A stretch of DNA of 64,000 nt from the human T2T-CHM13v2.0 reference genome, Homo sapiens. Below are positions 63,805-64,000 of this stretch, in pieces. Under the pieces are notes generated by a model. That model saw only the letters and a list, made by a program, of their open reading frames with translations. It was not told the DNA's origin and did not search any database. The stretch lies in assembly GCF_009914755.1 (NCBI RefSeq), contig NC_060938.1. One strand, given 5' to 3'. A program made the position numbers and the translations under genes. How positions within the stretch are numbered: the stretch's first letter is position 1; each line of letters opens with the position of its first letter.

Positions 63805-64000
63805 CTATAATTTTTTAGAAAAAAGGGAGGGAGAGGAAGAGGAAAAAGAAGAAAACAGGTCAACTTGGCAAAATTTCTTCTTCCTGATGTCATATTAATA
63901 AAATGAAAGCTTCATCCAAATTACATTTCAAATGACTTTGTGAAGAAAAGCTACTATGTATGTACTATAAAGTAAATTTATCATTTTCTACTTCTTATTC

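Overview
Repeat-dense primate (almost certainly human) genomic DNA, recognisable as the ADAM20-MED6 interval (14q24 from memory of the genes). Both genes are on the minus strand. The window holds the complete single coding exon of ADAM20 (599-2779, with an in-frame upstream ATG at 2929), a probable non-coding first exon and promoter near 12.8-13.1 kb, and the last two coding exons of MED6 (62834-62964, 63777-63804). Between them are deeply nested transposable elements: a full-length L1HS Ta-0 with open ORF1, ORF2 and ORF0 (25314-31353), a two-LTR ERV1 provirus with a tRNA-Phe PBS, a two-LTR MaLR, many older L1s, Alus, solo LTRs and DNA transposons. There is also a decayed plus-strand ADAM20/21-like pseudogene with a CpG-rich 5' end (about 34.1-35.6 kb). 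Most notable observations: (1) the L1HS appears to carry its parent's target-site duplication on both ends plus a cap-like untemplated G; (2) its antisense ORF0 splice donors are in phase with the ADAM20 acceptors; (3) two chained TAATG stop/start overlaps sit directly before the ADAM20 ATG; (4) one L1PB-like insert is circularly permuted and inverted; (5) a diverged copy of the ADAM20 promoter segment lies inside an intronic L1. Repeat subfamily names are from recall of consensus sequences and were not computed.
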